Below are positions 29,895-41,074 of a stretch of 64,000 nt of DNA, one piece after another (the first letter of the stretch is position 1; each line of letters begins with the position of its first letter). The position numbers and the translations under genes are program-made. Origin of the DNA: Tagaea sp. (GTDB taxonomy: Bacteria; Pseudomonadota; Alphaproteobacteria; CACIAM-22H2). The notes below the pieces were generated by a model. It did not search any database. It saw nothing but the letters and a program-made list of their open reading frames with translations, and was not told where the DNA came from. The stretch lies in NCBI GenBank assembly GCA_965279525.1, contig CBDIIB010000005.1, forward strand, positions 1,632,001 to 1,696,000, written 5' to 3'.

Positions 29895-30755
29895 TCAGGC
29901 GAAGCGCTTGGCGCCCGCCACGCACAGCACGACCAGCGCTGTCACGGCGACCATGGACCAGGCGACAGGCTCGCCCAGCAGCAGGCCGGCAAGCGCCAGC
30001 CCGAAGAAGGGCTGGAGCAGCTGCAGTTGCCCCACGCCCGCGATCCCGCCCAGCGCCAGCCCCCGATACCAGAACACGAAGCCGACCAGCATGCTGAAGA
30101 CCGATACGTAAGCAAGCCCGGCCCAGGCCGGCAGCCCGATTCCGTCCAGCGTTTCCGGAAGCGTGGCGAACGCGAGGATCGCCATCGCGGGTAGCGACAG
30201 CAACAGCGCCCACGAGATGACCTGCCATCCGCCGAGCCGGCGCGAAAGAGTGGCGCCCTCGGCGTAGCCGAGACCGCAGAGCAGGATTGCCGCAAGCATG
30301 TAGAGATCGCCGTCGAGCGAGCCGCTCGTGCTCTGCGACAGCGCGAAGCCCGCGACCGAGAAGCCGCCGACGACGGAGAACAGCCAGAAGGCCGGCTTGG
30401 GCCGTTCGCCGCCGCGCAGCACGCCGAACAAGGCGGTCGCGAGTGGCAGCAGCCCGATGAAGACGATCGAGTGCGCCGAGGTGATGTACTGGAGTGCGAG
30501 AGCCGTCAGCAGCGGGAAGCCCACCACCACGCCCAGCGCCACGATGGCGAGCGGACCCAGATCGCGCATTTCCGGCCGGCTTTGCCGCAGCAGCAGGAGC
30601 ATCGTCGAGCCGAGCAGCGCGGCGATCACGGCCCGGGCCGAGGTCAGGAACAGCGGGGCGAATCCCTCGACCGCCACGCGCGTGGCCGGCAGCGATCCGC
30701 TGAAAATGAGCATGCCGAGGAACCCGCTGCCCCATCCATCCGTCGTGCGCTGCAT
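29895..30755 (-). CDS. DMT/EamA family transporter
   Basis: IFSGSLPATR, GVVVGFP, LGYAEG, GFVFWYRGLALGG, QLQLLQP; about 10 TM; RBS AAGGGA. Confidence 0.9.
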   Translation of the reverse strand: MQRTTDGWGSGFLGMLIFSGSLPATRVAVEGFAPLFLTSARAVIAALLGSTMLLLLRQSRPEMRDLGPLAIVALGVVVGFPLLTALALQYITSAHSIVFIGLLPLATALFGVLRGGERPKPAFWLFSVVGGFSVAGFALSQSTSGSLDGDLYMLAAILLCGLGYAEGATLSRRLGGWQVISWALLLSLPAMAILAFATLPETLDGIGLPAWAGLAYVSVFSMLVGFVFWYRGLALGGIAGVGQLQLLQPFFGLALAGLLLGEPVAWSMVAVTALVVLCVAGAKRFA

Positions 30756-31038
30756 TCTCGTTCCCTTTTGCCGGTCGCGACGATAGGCCAACCGGCGTCG
30801 CCGGAGACAGACCCGTCGGGAAACCCAGCCCCTCAATCCTGAGGGGGTCCGGTCGCGGGACCGGACGGCTCGCAAACGCTCGCGTCCGGTGCAGGATCGC
30901 GGGCATGAAATACGCACCCTTCATCGATCTCGGGCTGGCCGGACGTGGCCAGCGTCCACCCCGCGTCGGCGAGGCGGCCGTCCTGCCGGTGCCGAACCTC
31001 GCTTCCCTCTGGCTGCGGATTGCGCGACGATTGCGGCG

Positions 31039-31935
31039 ATGACCGCAGCCGACTGGGACGACATCCGCGCCTTCCTCGCCATCGCGAGCTCGGGCAGCCT
31101 TGCCAAGGCCGCCCGCGCCACCAAGCTGAGCGAGGCCACGCTCGGGCGCCACCTGAAGGCGCTGGAAAAGCATCTGGGCGCCCCGCTCTTCGACCGGCTG
31201 CCCAATGCGCTGCGCCTCACGGCCCTCGGGCGCGAAGCGCTCGAAGGCGCCAAGGCGATGGACGACGGGGCCGCCACGCTCGAACGGCGCGCGCGCATCG
31301 CGCGCGAGCCGGCGCGCCGGCCGGTCGTCGTGAGCTCGGTCAATTCGATCGCCTGGTTCCTCGTGCGCCACTTTCCCGCACTCCAGCGCGACCTTGCCGG
31401 CACGCCGCTGACGCTGACGGCCACGCGCCGGGCGGTCGATCTTTCGCGCCGCGAGGCGGACATCGCCCTTCGGATGCTCGATCTTCCCGACGCGCCCGAC
31501 CTTGCGGGCCGCAAGGTGGCGCGCGTGGCCAACGCGGTCTACGCGTCGCACGCGTATCTTGCCGCGCGCAAGCGCCGGCCCGGCGACGGCATCGACGGGA
31601 TCGATTTCATCGCGCGCGACACGGGCTCGGAGAAATCGCCGCAGGCCCGCTATTCCAACGAGATCCTGTCGCGCGTCCGACTGACGCTGAAGGTGTCCGA
31701 AACCGTACTGCGCCACCAGGCCGCACTCGACGGGCTCGGTGCCACGCTGCTGCCCTGCCATCTGGGCGATGCCGAACCCCGGCTCATGCGCATCGGCGAG
31801 CCGATCCCCGAGCTTACCGAAGACATGTACATGATCATCCACCGCGACTTGCGCCGCGTGAGCGCGGTGCGCGCGGCAGCCGACGCGCTTGGCGTCCTGT
31901 TCAGGCGCCACGCACGCGAACTGGCCGGACGCTAG
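31039..31935 (+). CDS. LysR family transcriptional regulator
   Basis: WDDIRAFLAIASSGSLAKAA...TLGRHLKALE..LG..LF.R HTH; DLSRREADIALR. Confidence 0.9.
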   Translation: MTAADWDDIRAFLAIASSGSLAKAARATKLSEATLGRHLKALEKHLGAPLFDRLPNALRLTALGREALEGAKAMDDGAATLERRARIAREPARRPVVVSSVNSIAWFLVRHFPALQRDLAGTPLTLTATRRAVDLSRREADIALRMLDLPDAPDLAGRKVARVANAVYASHAYLAARKRRPGDGIDGIDFIARDTGSEKSPQARYSNEILSRVRLTLKVSETVLRHQAALDGLGATLLPCHLGDAEPRLMRIGEPIPELTEDMYMIIHRDLRRVSAVRAAADALGVLFRRHARELAGR

Positions 31936-32768
31936 CGGGCCTTCAGCGCTTCGTCGAGCAGGGCGGGCACGCGCACGAGCGCGTCGGCGCGCGCATCGGG
32001 ATCCGTGCCGACGGTCGCGGTATTGCTGCGCGTGCTGGCGACGTTCTGCCGGACGCGCAGGGCGACGCCGGGTGCGTCGAAATCGTGATAGGCGCCGGGA
32101 TAGACGACGATGGACACCGGCGCACCGCGCCCGGCGGCAGCCTTGACGAGCGACACGCACGGCGGCGCGTTCGTCCAGTCGTCCTTCTCGCCGATCAGGA
32201 TGTGCAGCGGGATCGCCGTATTCCATTCGGGGCGCACCGCGGCGACCGCGCGGCAGCCGGGATAGAACGCGACGGCCACGCGGAAATCGGCGGCGATGCC
32301 CTTGCGGGCGGGCGCGTCGGTGCGCAGCGTCGACAGCGTGGCCATCGCACCGTTCGACCAGCCCATCAGGCCGATGTTTGCTGGCAGGATATCGGCGCGC
32401 GCCTGCAGGAAGGCGAGCCCGCCATAGGCATCGAACGGGCGTTCGCGCTCGGGCCGCACCGGCGGCTCGCGCAAGGTGCAGGTTTCGCGCAGGCCGCGCG
32501 GACCGAAACTGTCGACATGAAGGACGGCATAGCCGTGCTTGACCAGCAGCTCGTTCCATTGCGTGTCGCGCGCGGCGAGCTTGCCGTTCGAGCGCAGGAA
32601 GCCCCCGCAGCCATGCAGCAGGACGACGGCCGGGAAGGGCCCCGATCCCGCCGGCCGGGCGAAGATGCCCGCGATGCGATCGCCGTTGGTCGCGGCGAAC
32701 TCGACGCGCTCAAGTGCGCCGGCCGGTGCCGCGGCGAGCAGCAGTGCTGCGAGCAGTGCCGATCTCAT
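31932..32768 (-). CDS. Exported dienelactone hydrolase-family alpha/beta hydrolase
   Basis: Signal peptide; PAVVLLHGCGG, GWSNG, FYPGC, GEKDDW, YPGAYHDFD (intact Ser-Asp-His). Confidence 0.88.
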   Translation of the reverse strand: MRSALLAALLLAAAPAGALERVEFAATNGDRIAGIFARPAGSGPFPAVVLLHGCGGFLRSNGKLAARDTQWNELLVKHGYAVLHVDSFGPRGLRETCTLREPPVRPERERPFDAYGGLAFLQARADILPANIGLMGWSNGAMATLSTLRTDAPARKGIAADFRVAVAFYPGCRAVAAVRPEWNTAIPLHILIGEKDDWTNAPPCVSLVKAAAGRGAPVSIVVYPGAYHDFDAPGVALRVRQNVASTRSNTATVGTDPDARADALVRVPALLDEALKAR

Positions 32769-33592
32769 TCGCTCGACTGGAGCAGTTGCCCGCGCTGGCG
32801 CGCGCGCGCGAAGGCGAAAAGGAACGCGGCGAAGCCGATCGCGAGATAGACGAGGTTGAGCGCGAAGGCCGACGCGAGCAGGTCCCAGCGGAACGTGCCG
32901 CCGATGACGAGGGCCCGCATCCCTTCGAACACGTGCGTCGAGGGCAGCGCCAGGGCCACGGGCTTGAGCCACGGCGGCAGGACGTCGACCGGATACCACA
33001 CGCCCGAAATGGGCTGGATCACGAAGACCGCCGCCCACGCGTAGGACTCCGCGGCAAGTCCGAAGCGGAACAGCAGCGACGCGATCATCAGCCCGACCGA
33101 CCAGCCGAGCATGATCAGCATCGTCCAGAACGCGACGAGCGGCAGGCCCATCTCGAAGATCGAATAGTGGAAGAGCGGGATCGCCAGCAGCGCCGCCGGG
33201 ATGACGCCGATCAGCGAACGCACCATGCCCAGCATCATCAGCGAGATGCCGAACTCGAAGGGCCGGAGCGGCGAGACGAACAGGTTGGCGAGGTTGCGCG
33301 ACCACATCTCCTCGAGCAGCGACAGCGTGAAGCCGAACTGGGCGCGCACCAGCACGTCCCACAGCAGCACGGCACCGATCAGCACGCCGGCGGCCTGGGC
33401 GAACCAGCTCGAATGCTGGTTGAGGAACACGGTGATGAAGCCCCAGATGACCATCTGCAGCAGCGGCCAGTACATGAGGTCGAACACGCGTGTCCACGAC
33501 CCGCGGAACAGGTAGTAGTGGCGCGACAGCATGGCGCCGAGACGGCCGAGACTGGCGCCGACGGGGCTCGCGTTCCCCGGGTTGGCGATCAT
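32765..33592 (-). CDS. ABC-2 type exporter permease
   Basis: LEEMWSRNLANLFVSP, YPV..LP.WL, LPSTHVFEGMR; about 6 TM. Confidence 0.88.
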   Translation of the reverse strand: MIANPGNASPVGASLGRLGAMLSRHYYLFRGSWTRVFDLMYWPLLQMVIWGFITVFLNQHSSWFAQAAGVLIGAVLLWDVLVRAQFGFTLSLLEEMWSRNLANLFVSPLRPFEFGISLMMLGMVRSLIGVIPAALLAIPLFHYSIFEMGLPLVAFWTMLIMLGWSVGLMIASLLFRFGLAAESYAWAAVFVIQPISGVWYPVDVLPPWLKPVALALPSTHVFEGMRALVIGGTFRWDLLASAFALNLVYLAIGFAAFLFAFARARQRGQLLQSSE

Positions 33593-34350
33593 TGCGCGGC
33601 CTCCACGTCGGTCGAGCTCGTGCCGCGCGCGATGTCGAGGAAGACCTGCTCCATGTCCTCGCGCCCGTAGCGGCGGATCAGCGTGTCCGGCGCCCCGCGG
33701 TCGACGATGCGCCCGCCTTTCATCATCAGCACGTCGGCGCACAGCCGCTCGACCTCGGCCATGTTGTGCGAGGCGAGCAGGATCGAGGCATGCGCCTTGC
33801 GCGCGTAGTTTTCCAGATGCGCCCGCACCCGGTCGGCCGTGTCGGGATCGAGGCTGGCGGTCGGTTCGTCGAGCAGCAGCAGCTCGGGCCGGTTGACCAG
33901 CGCCTTGGCAAGGGCCGCGCGCGTCTTCTGGCCCGAGGACAGCGTGCCGGTCTTGCGGTCGAGGATGGCGACCAGATCGAGCTCGCCCGCCAGCTCGTCG
34001 ATGCGGGCGCCGAGATCGCGCACGCCGTAGAGCCGGCCGAACACCGACAGGTTCTCGCGCACCGTGAGCCGGCCCGGCAGGTCGACATAGGGCGAGGAGA
34101 AATTCATGGCCGGCAGTGCCCGGAAGCGGTGCTTCAGCATGTCGTGGCCGAGCACGGTGACGCGTCCGGACGTGGGCACGAGGATGCCCAGCAGCATCGA
34201 GATCGTCGTCGTCTTGCCGGCCCCGTTGCCGCCCAGCAGGCCGACGATGGCCCCGCGCGGGACGGCGAACGAGATCGCGTCGACGGCCGGCGGGCCGTCG
34301 TCGCGGAAGCGTTTGGTCAGGCTTTCGACATTGATCGCGTCTTCGCTCAT
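33589..34350 (-). CDS. ABC exporter ATP-binding protein
   Basis: GGNGAGKTT, LSSGQ, LLLDEPT, SHNM. Confidence 0.92.
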   Translation of the reverse strand: MSEDAINVESLTKRFRDDGPPAVDAISFAVPRGAIVGLLGGNGAGKTTTISMLLGILVPTSGRVTVLGHDMLKHRFRALPAMNFSSPYVDLPGRLTVRENLSVFGRLYGVRDLGARIDELAGELDLVAILDRKTGTLSSGQKTRAALAKALVNRPELLLLDEPTASLDPDTADRVRAHLENYARKAHASILLASHNMAEVERLCADVLMMKGGRIVDRGAPDTLIRRYGREDMEQVFLDIARGTSSTDVEAAQ

Positions 34351-34400
34351 GGGGTGATATATGGCGCGTTCCGGCCGCAGAGGCCAGAGTGCCGGTTGCC

Positions 34401-35711
34401 ATGACGAACCCCGATCCCGCATCCCATCTCCGCCCGCCGGCCCCGGCAAATCCGCCGGTCGGCCGCGTGCGCCTGCGCACGCTCGTGACGGTGCGCTGGG
34501 TCGCGGTCGCCGGGCAGGCGGCGGCGATCCTGTTCGTCTATTTCGGCCTCGGCTACGATTTCTCGCTTCCCGCCACGCTGGGTGCGGTCACCGTTTCGGG
34601 CGTGCTCAACGCCGTGCTGACATTCGACCGTCCGCCGGCCGGCCGGCTCGACGACCGGGCCGCCGGCGCCGTGCTCGGCTACGACATCCTGCAGCTTGCC
34701 ACGCTGCTCTATTTCACCGGCGGTCTGCTCAATCCCTTCGCCGTCCTGCTGGTGGCCCCCGTCGCGGTCGCCGCCACGTCGCTGACGCGCCTGTCGACCG
34801 TGCTGCTGGGCATCATCGCCACGCTCGCGGCCGGCATGCTGGCCCTTTGGCATTATCCGCTGCCCGGCGCCCCCTCGGGCCATGTCCTTCCGTCGGCCTA
34901 TTCCTTCGGCCTGTGGCTGGCGCTGTCGCTGACCATCGTGTTCGTCGCGGCCTATGTCGGGCGGCTTGCCGACGAGGCACGCCAGATGTCGGACGCGCTC
35001 GCCGCCACGCAAGCCGCCCTCGCGCGCGAGAACCGGATGAGTGCCGTGGGCGGGCTCGCGGCGGCTGCCGCGCACGAGCTGGGAACGCCGCTTGCCACCA
35101 TCGCCCTTGTCGCCAAGGAGCTGGCGCGCGACGCGCCCGTCGGCCCGGTGCGCGAGGACGCCGAACTGCTGCTGCAGGAATCGATGCGCTGCCGCGACAT
35201 TCTCGCGCGGCTGGCCGCCAAGCCCGAGGGCGGCGGCCCGGCAGGCGACCCGTTCCCGCGCCCCAAGCTGTCGGTGCTGCTCGGCGAGATCGCGGCGCGC
35301 TATGCGCGCGACGGCATCGCGCCGGAGATCTTGACCGACTATGCCGACGGCATCGATCCGCCGACGGCGCGGGCACCCGAAATGGTCCAGGCGATCGGCA
35401 CGCTGATCGAGAATGCCTGCCAGTTCGCCGCCGGCAGCGTGCAGGTGCGCGCCTGGTCGGACCGGCAGACGGTCGGCGTCGAGGTGCGCGACGACGGGCC
35501 GGGCTTCGCGCCCGACATCCTCGGCCGGCTGGGCGAACCCTATGTCTCGACGCGCGCGGACGAAGGGGACCACATGGGGCTTGGCATCTTCATCGCAACG
35601 ACATTGCTTTCCCGGTCCGGAGGTGCGGTATCCTTCGAGAACGGCGCCGACGGCGGCGCGCGGGTGACGGTCGTGTGGCCGCGCACCGCATTCGCGGGCG
35701 GGATGAAATGA
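34401..35711 (+). CDS. regB: ActS/PrrB/RegB redox-sensing histidine kinase
   Basis: Quinone-binding GGLLNPF, H-box AAAAHELGTPL, redox Cys in RCRDIL, DDGPGF, GLG. Confidence 0.93.
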   Translation: MTNPDPASHLRPPAPANPPVGRVRLRTLVTVRWVAVAGQAAAILFVYFGLGYDFSLPATLGAVTVSGVLNAVLTFDRPPAGRLDDRAAGAVLGYDILQLATLLYFTGGLLNPFAVLLVAPVAVAATSLTRLSTVLLGIIATLAAGMLALWHYPLPGAPSGHVLPSAYSFGLWLALSLTIVFVAAYVGRLADEARQMSDALAATQAALARENRMSAVGGLAAAAAHELGTPLATIALVAKELARDAPVGPVREDAELLLQESMRCRDILARLAAKPEGGGPAGDPFPRPKLSVLLGEIAARYARDGIAPEILTDYADGIDPPTARAPEMVQAIGTLIENACQFAAGSVQVRAWSDRQTVGVEVRDDGPGFAPDILGRLGEPYVSTRADEGDHMGLGIFIATTLLSRSGGAVSFENGADGGARVTVVWPRTAFAGGMK

Positions 35712-35724
35712 CGGGCAGGGGCAA

Positions 35725-36276
35725 GTGAGCGAGATCGATTCGGGCAACAAGCACCTGCTGATCGTCGAGGACGACGAGGCGTTCCGGCTGCGGCTGGCGC
35801 GCGCGATGGAACGGCGCGGCTATACCGTATCGATGGCCGAATCCATCGCCGCCGCCGGGGCCGCGATCGAAGCGCATGCGCCCGAGTACGCGGTCGTCGA
35901 CCTGAAGCTCGGCGACGGATCGGGGCTCGATCTCGTGCCCCGCATCCGCGAACTGGCACCCGACGCGCGCATCGTGATCCTGACCGGCTACGGCAACATC
36001 GCCACGTCGGTCGCGGCGATCAAGGCCGGTGCCGTCGACTACCTGCCCAAGCCCTCCGACGCCGACGCGATCGACGCCGCGCTCCAGGCCGTCGACCGCG
36101 CGCTGCCGGCCCCGCCGGACCATCCGATGTCGGCCGACCGCGTGCGCTGGGAGCATATCCAGCGCGTGTTCGAGCAGTGCGACCGCAACGTCTCGGAAAC
36201 GGCGCGCCGCCTCAACATGCATCGCCGCACGCTGCAGCGCATCCTCGCCAAGCACGCGCCGCGCGAGCATCTCTGA
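35725..36276 (+). CDS. regA: ActR/PrrA/RegA response regulator
   Basis: Receiver domain (EDD, VDLKL, LTGYG, YLPKP) plus PMSADRVRWEHIQRV...NVSETARRLNMHRRTLQRIL. Confidence 0.96.
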   Translation: MSEIDSGNKHLLIVEDDEAFRLRLARAMERRGYTVSMAESIAAAGAAIEAHAPEYAVVDLKLGDGSGLDLVPRIRELAPDARIVILTGYGNIATSVAAIKAGAVDYLPKPSDADAIDAALQAVDRALPAPPDHPMSADRVRWEHIQRVFEQCDRNVSETARRLNMHRRTLQRILAKHAPREHL

Positions 36277-36290
36277 GCGCGGGCCCGTCC

Positions 36291-37790
36291 ATGCCGGCGA
36301 CCACCCGCCTGCTCACGGCCCTCGGTGCGGTGCTGTGGCTGTCCTACGTGGCGCTGGCGGGCCGGCCGACGGCCGCGATCTACGCCACGCCGATCGCCGA
36401 AGACGGCTGGTATGCGCTGACCGTGGCGCGCGCGGCCGCGCGCGGTCTGGGCATCACGATCGACGGCGTGGCGTGGACCAACGGATTCCAGCCGCTCTTC
36501 ACGCTCCTCGAGGCGATCTGCTTCGCGCTGGCCGACGGTGCCGCCGAGACGGGCCTGCGCCTGTTCTTCGTGCTTGCCGCGCTCGTGCACGCGGCGGGCG
36601 CGCTGCTGGTGGCAAGCCTCGCGCGCGACGTGTGGGACGGGACGCGCGACGAACGCCGGCTTGCCGGCGTGCTGGCATTCGTCGGCTATCTCGCGGCGAT
36701 CAAGGCCTACAACGATTTCTATACGGGCCTCGAGACCGGGCTGCAGCTTGCCCTCTACGCCGCCGTCTGGCGGCTTTACACGCGCGACTGGCGCAACCTC
36801 GCCGGCGACCGGATCGCGATGGGCGTGCTGCTCGGCATGCTGGTGCTGGCGCGCATCGATGCGGCCGTGTTCGTCGCGGCGTTCTGCCTCGTCGAGCTGT
36901 GGCGGGGACGGGCGGCGCTGCGCGACACGCTGGCGCGCTGCATCACGGTCGGCGGGCTCGCCGTCCTCGTCTCGTCGCCCTGGTGGATCTACAACACGCT
37001 CGTTTTCGGGCATCCGATGCCGATCTCCGGCTTCGCGCAGCAGTCGCTGGAGATCTCGCCGGAGCGAACGCTGACGGCCCTGTGGGCGCTGCGCAGCGTC
37101 GCGGTGCCGTGGATATTCGCGGGTGCCTACGAGGCCTGGTGGAGCGATGCGCTGCGCGTGGCCGCGATCGGCGGGATCGCCGCCCTCGTGCTGCTTGCCC
37201 GCCGCCGCCAGCTCGTCGGCCAAGTCGAGACCGAAAGCCGCGTTTTCGTCGCCATCCTGCTCGCGACCTATGCGGCACTCGTGCCCTATTACTGGCTCAC
37301 GTTCTTCGCCGACTGGTTCTACATCCGCTATTTCGCGCCGCTCTCGCTGCTCGCGTTCGTGTTCGTGCCCGCACTCGCCGCGCGCGTCGCACCGCGCATG
37401 GCACCGGCCGCGATGGCCGCGGCCGGCGTGCTGACGGCGGTCCTGCTCGTGCTGGCCTGGCGCGGCGAGGGCGTATTCGGCGCGTCCTCGCATCACATCC
37501 AGCTCGCCCTGGTCGAGAAGCACGTGCTGCCCGGCGACACGGTGGCGGCCGGCCAGTCGGGGATGCTCGGGTTCCGGCGTGCCTACGTCGTCAATGTCGA
37601 CGGCAAGGTCAATGCCGAGGCGCTGAAATGGCGCGGACGCATCTGGGAATATCTCGACACGCGCGACATCGGCTGGTTCGCCGATTCGACGTGGTACGTC
37701 GAGACCAATCTCGGGCTTCGTCCCGAAGAGAACGGCTGGCGCCTGGTCGACTCGCAAGGCGACTTCCGCCTCTACCGGCGCGTGCGCTAG
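36291..37790 (+). CDS. Polytopic membrane protein, GT-C-fold glycosyltransferase-like
   Basis: First loop EDGWY..VAR...G.G...DG...TNGFQPL, GLET, LARID, VNVDGKVN; more than 10 TM. Confidence 0.65.
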   Translation: MPATTRLLTALGAVLWLSYVALAGRPTAAIYATPIAEDGWYALTVARAAARGLGITIDGVAWTNGFQPLFTLLEAICFALADGAAETGLRLFFVLAALVHAAGALLVASLARDVWDGTRDERRLAGVLAFVGYLAAIKAYNDFYTGLETGLQLALYAAVWRLYTRDWRNLAGDRIAMGVLLGMLVLARIDAAVFVAAFCLVELWRGRAALRDTLARCITVGGLAVLVSSPWWIYNTLVFGHPMPISGFAQQSLEISPERTLTALWALRSVAVPWIFAGAYEAWWSDALRVAAIGGIAALVLLARRRQLVGQVETESRVFVAILLATYAALVPYYWLTFFADWFYIRYFAPLSLLAFVFVPALAARVAPRMAPAAMAAAGVLTAVLLVLAWRGEGVFGASSHHIQLALVEKHVLPGDTVAAGQSGMLGFRRAYVVNVDGKVNAEALKWRGRIWEYLDTRDIGWFADSTWYVETNLGLRPEENGWRLVDSQGDFRLYRRVR

Positions 37791-39202
37791 TACGCGTTTT
37801 CCTTGCCCAGGATGGCGAGCGGCGTGAGCGTCAGGATCTTCATGTCGAACAGCAGCGACCAGTTGTCGATGTAGTAGAGGTCGAACTGCACGCGCCGGCG
37901 CATCTTCTCGGGCGTGTCGGTCTCGCCGCGCAGGCCGTTGACCTGCGCCCAGCCGGTCATGCCCGGCTTGACGCGGTGGCGGGCGAGATAGTCGTCGATC
38001 ACCTTGGCGTACTGCTCGTTGTGCGCGACCGCATGCGGGCGCGGACCCACCAGCGACATGTCGCCCATCAGCACGTTGAGGAGCTGCGGGAACTCGTCGA
38101 GCGACGAGCGGCGCAGGAACTTGCCCACGCGCGTGACGCGCGGATCGTCCTTGGTCGCCTGCGGCACCGAAGGTTCCTCGGCGCGCTGGTGGTACATCGT
38201 GCGGAACTTGAAGACGACGATCTCGTTGTTGGCGAAGCCGTAGCGGCGCTGGCGGAACAAGGCCGGCCCCGGGCTGTCGAGCTTGACGGCGGCGGCCACG
38301 GCCAGCAGCACCGGCGACAGCACGACGAGCAGGATGGCCGCGAGGATGCGGTCCTCGAGCGCTTTCAGCACGAGGCTCCAGCCCGAGAGCGGGCGCTCCA
38401 GCACCGACAGCATCGGGATGCCGGCGATGGCATGGAAGCCGCGCGCGGGCAGGTAGGTGCCGATGTAATCCGGGCACAGCTTCACGTCGACCGGCACGAC
38501 CTTCAGCTTCTTGATCAGGTCCTGCAGGTCGGACGAGGCCTGCCACGGCAGGGCCACGACGATCTCGTCGACCGGATGCGTGCGGCAATAGGCGATGAGG
38601 TCGTCGACCGTGCCGGTCACCGGCTGGCCCTCGATCGTGTCGGGCAGGCGGTCGCGCCGGTCGTCGAACACGCCCACGATGCGGTATTCCTGCGTGCGCA
38701 CGTCGGCCATGTGCTTGAGGAACGCGCGCCCCATCTCGCCCGCCCCGATCACCGCGAGGTTCATGGCAAGGCGCCCCTGCGCGCGCCAGCGGTCGATCTG
38801 CATCAGCAGCAGCAGCCGCACGAGGATGAGACCACCGAAGCCGAGTGCCAGCCAGCCGATCGCGAAGGCGCGGCTGAAGGCGACGGAGGTCTGGGTGAAA
38901 TAGGCCAGCGCGATCAGGCTGGCCATCACGCCGGTCCACGCCATCGCGAGCTTGCCGAACTGGCTTGCCAGCCTGGACAGGTTCTCGAACACGTAGAGCC
39001 GGGCGACCTGCATGTAGTTGGCGGCGAGACCCATCGCCGCGAGGATCGCCATCAGATAGAGATCGGGGATGGCCCAGCTGTCGTGGCGGGCCCAATAGGC
39101 GACCCAGGCGGCAAGCGCCACCACGCCGACATCGGCCACCCGCAGCGCCCCCAGCACCAAGGTCTGCAGATCGGCGGCGACGACGTTGTTTTTCCGTTTC
39201 AT
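37787..39202 (-). CDS. Undecaprenyl-phosphate glucose phosphotransferase (WcaJ-like)
   Basis: N-terminal TMs, VIGAG domain, KFRTM, DPRVTRVG, SLDEFPQ, GDMSLVGPRP, KPGMTGWAQ, DLYYI. Confidence 0.92.
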   Translation of the reverse strand: MKRKNNVVAADLQTLVLGALRVADVGVVALAAWVAYWARHDSWAIPDLYLMAILAAMGLAANYMQVARLYVFENLSRLASQFGKLAMAWTGVMASLIALAYFTQTSVAFSRAFAIGWLALGFGGLILVRLLLLMQIDRWRAQGRLAMNLAVIGAGEMGRAFLKHMADVRTQEYRIVGVFDDRRDRLPDTIEGQPVTGTVDDLIAYCRTHPVDEIVVALPWQASSDLQDLIKKLKVVPVDVKLCPDYIGTYLPARGFHAIAGIPMLSVLERPLSGWSLVLKALEDRILAAILLVVLSPVLLAVAAAVKLDSPGPALFRQRRYGFANNEIVVFKFRTMYHQRAEEPSVPQATKDDPRVTRVGKFLRRSSLDEFPQLLNVLMGDMSLVGPRPHAVAHNEQYAKVIDDYLARHRVKPGMTGWAQVNGLRGETDTPEKMRRRVQFDLYYIDNWSLLFDMKILTLTPLAILGKENAY

Positions 39203-39321
39203 TTCAGTCTGTTGCCCAAGTCCTGCGGGCATTTGAAGGTCCGCGAGCATAAGCCACCCCGCTGCTGGAAGCAAAGTCGATCTCGGGACAGAACGGCCTC
39301 GGGGGGTGTAGCATTTCAGCC

Positions 39322-39903
39322 ATGGACTTGACGAACCTCGACATGGATTTTCTGGCGTGGGGCATGCTCGCCGCGGCGGGCATCGCGGTCGTCCTGCGCC
39401 TGCGCGCCGCGTTCGAGCGCCGGCAGGAAGCCGAGCGGCCGACCGAGGAATACGTCGTGCGCGTGGCGCGCCGCCACAAGCCCGGCATGGGGGCCGCCCC
39501 GCTGATCAACGTGCCGTTCGCCGCCAACGCCGCCGGCCCCGATCCCGAGGACGCCGTGCGCCGGATGGCGCGCACGCTGCTCGCCCTTGCCGACAAGCGC
39601 GACCCGGTGGGGGCCGCCCAGGCCCGCCGCGCCGCCGCAAGGATCACCACACTTGCCGCCAGCCGCGGCATCGGCGGCGAGGACGTGGAGCGGGCCGCCC
39701 TTGCCGGCATGCTGCTGAAACTCGGCCCCGGCGTGCTGCCGGTGAGCCTGCAGCCCAAGCCCGAGCGCGAGCTTTCCAGCGTGCTGATGGACACCGCGCG
39801 CCTCGAAGGACCGGTCCCGGCGATCGTGCGCGCGATCCGCGACGGCGTGCCGGTCGAGCCGAAGCTCGAAGCGCTCGTCAGTCTCGTGCGCGAGGCTGCA
39901 TAA
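39322..39903 (+). CDS. Hypothetical membrane-anchored protein
   Basis: N-terminal TM, host-like codon usage, fills the gap between the WcaJ-like gene and uxs. Confidence 0.6.
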   Translation: MDLTNLDMDFLAWGMLAAAGIAVVLRLRAAFERRQEAERPTEEYVVRVARRHKPGMGAAPLINVPFAANAAGPDPEDAVRRMARTLLALADKRDPVGAAQARRAAARITTLAASRGIGGEDVERAALAGMLLKLGPGVLPVSLQPKPERELSSVLMDTARLEGPVPAIVRAIRDGVPVEPKLEALVSLVREAA

Positions 39904-39996
39904 GCCCGGAATTTACGGCCGCCATCCCCGTTGTCTCGGGCCGGACAGCCTGATACTTCCAACCCCCGCAAGAACGCCGGAAAAGGTCGAACACCC

Positions 39997-40977
<981 letters not shown>

Positions 40978-41074
40978 CACTTCCCTTCGGTGCGCCGTCG
41001 GTCCCGGCGATTTGCACTGTACTCGAATTGGCCGGAAATGCCTGATATACGGGTAGCGGAAGGGGCATTCCGAT

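Noticed and set aside
30829-30866. Two back-to-back hairpins (CCCCTCA/TGAGGGG and GTCCGGTC/GACCGGAC) between the DMT and LysR genes
   Set aside because: Short and GC-rich, with no second copy in the window and no recognisable RNA motif; could be chance or an operator
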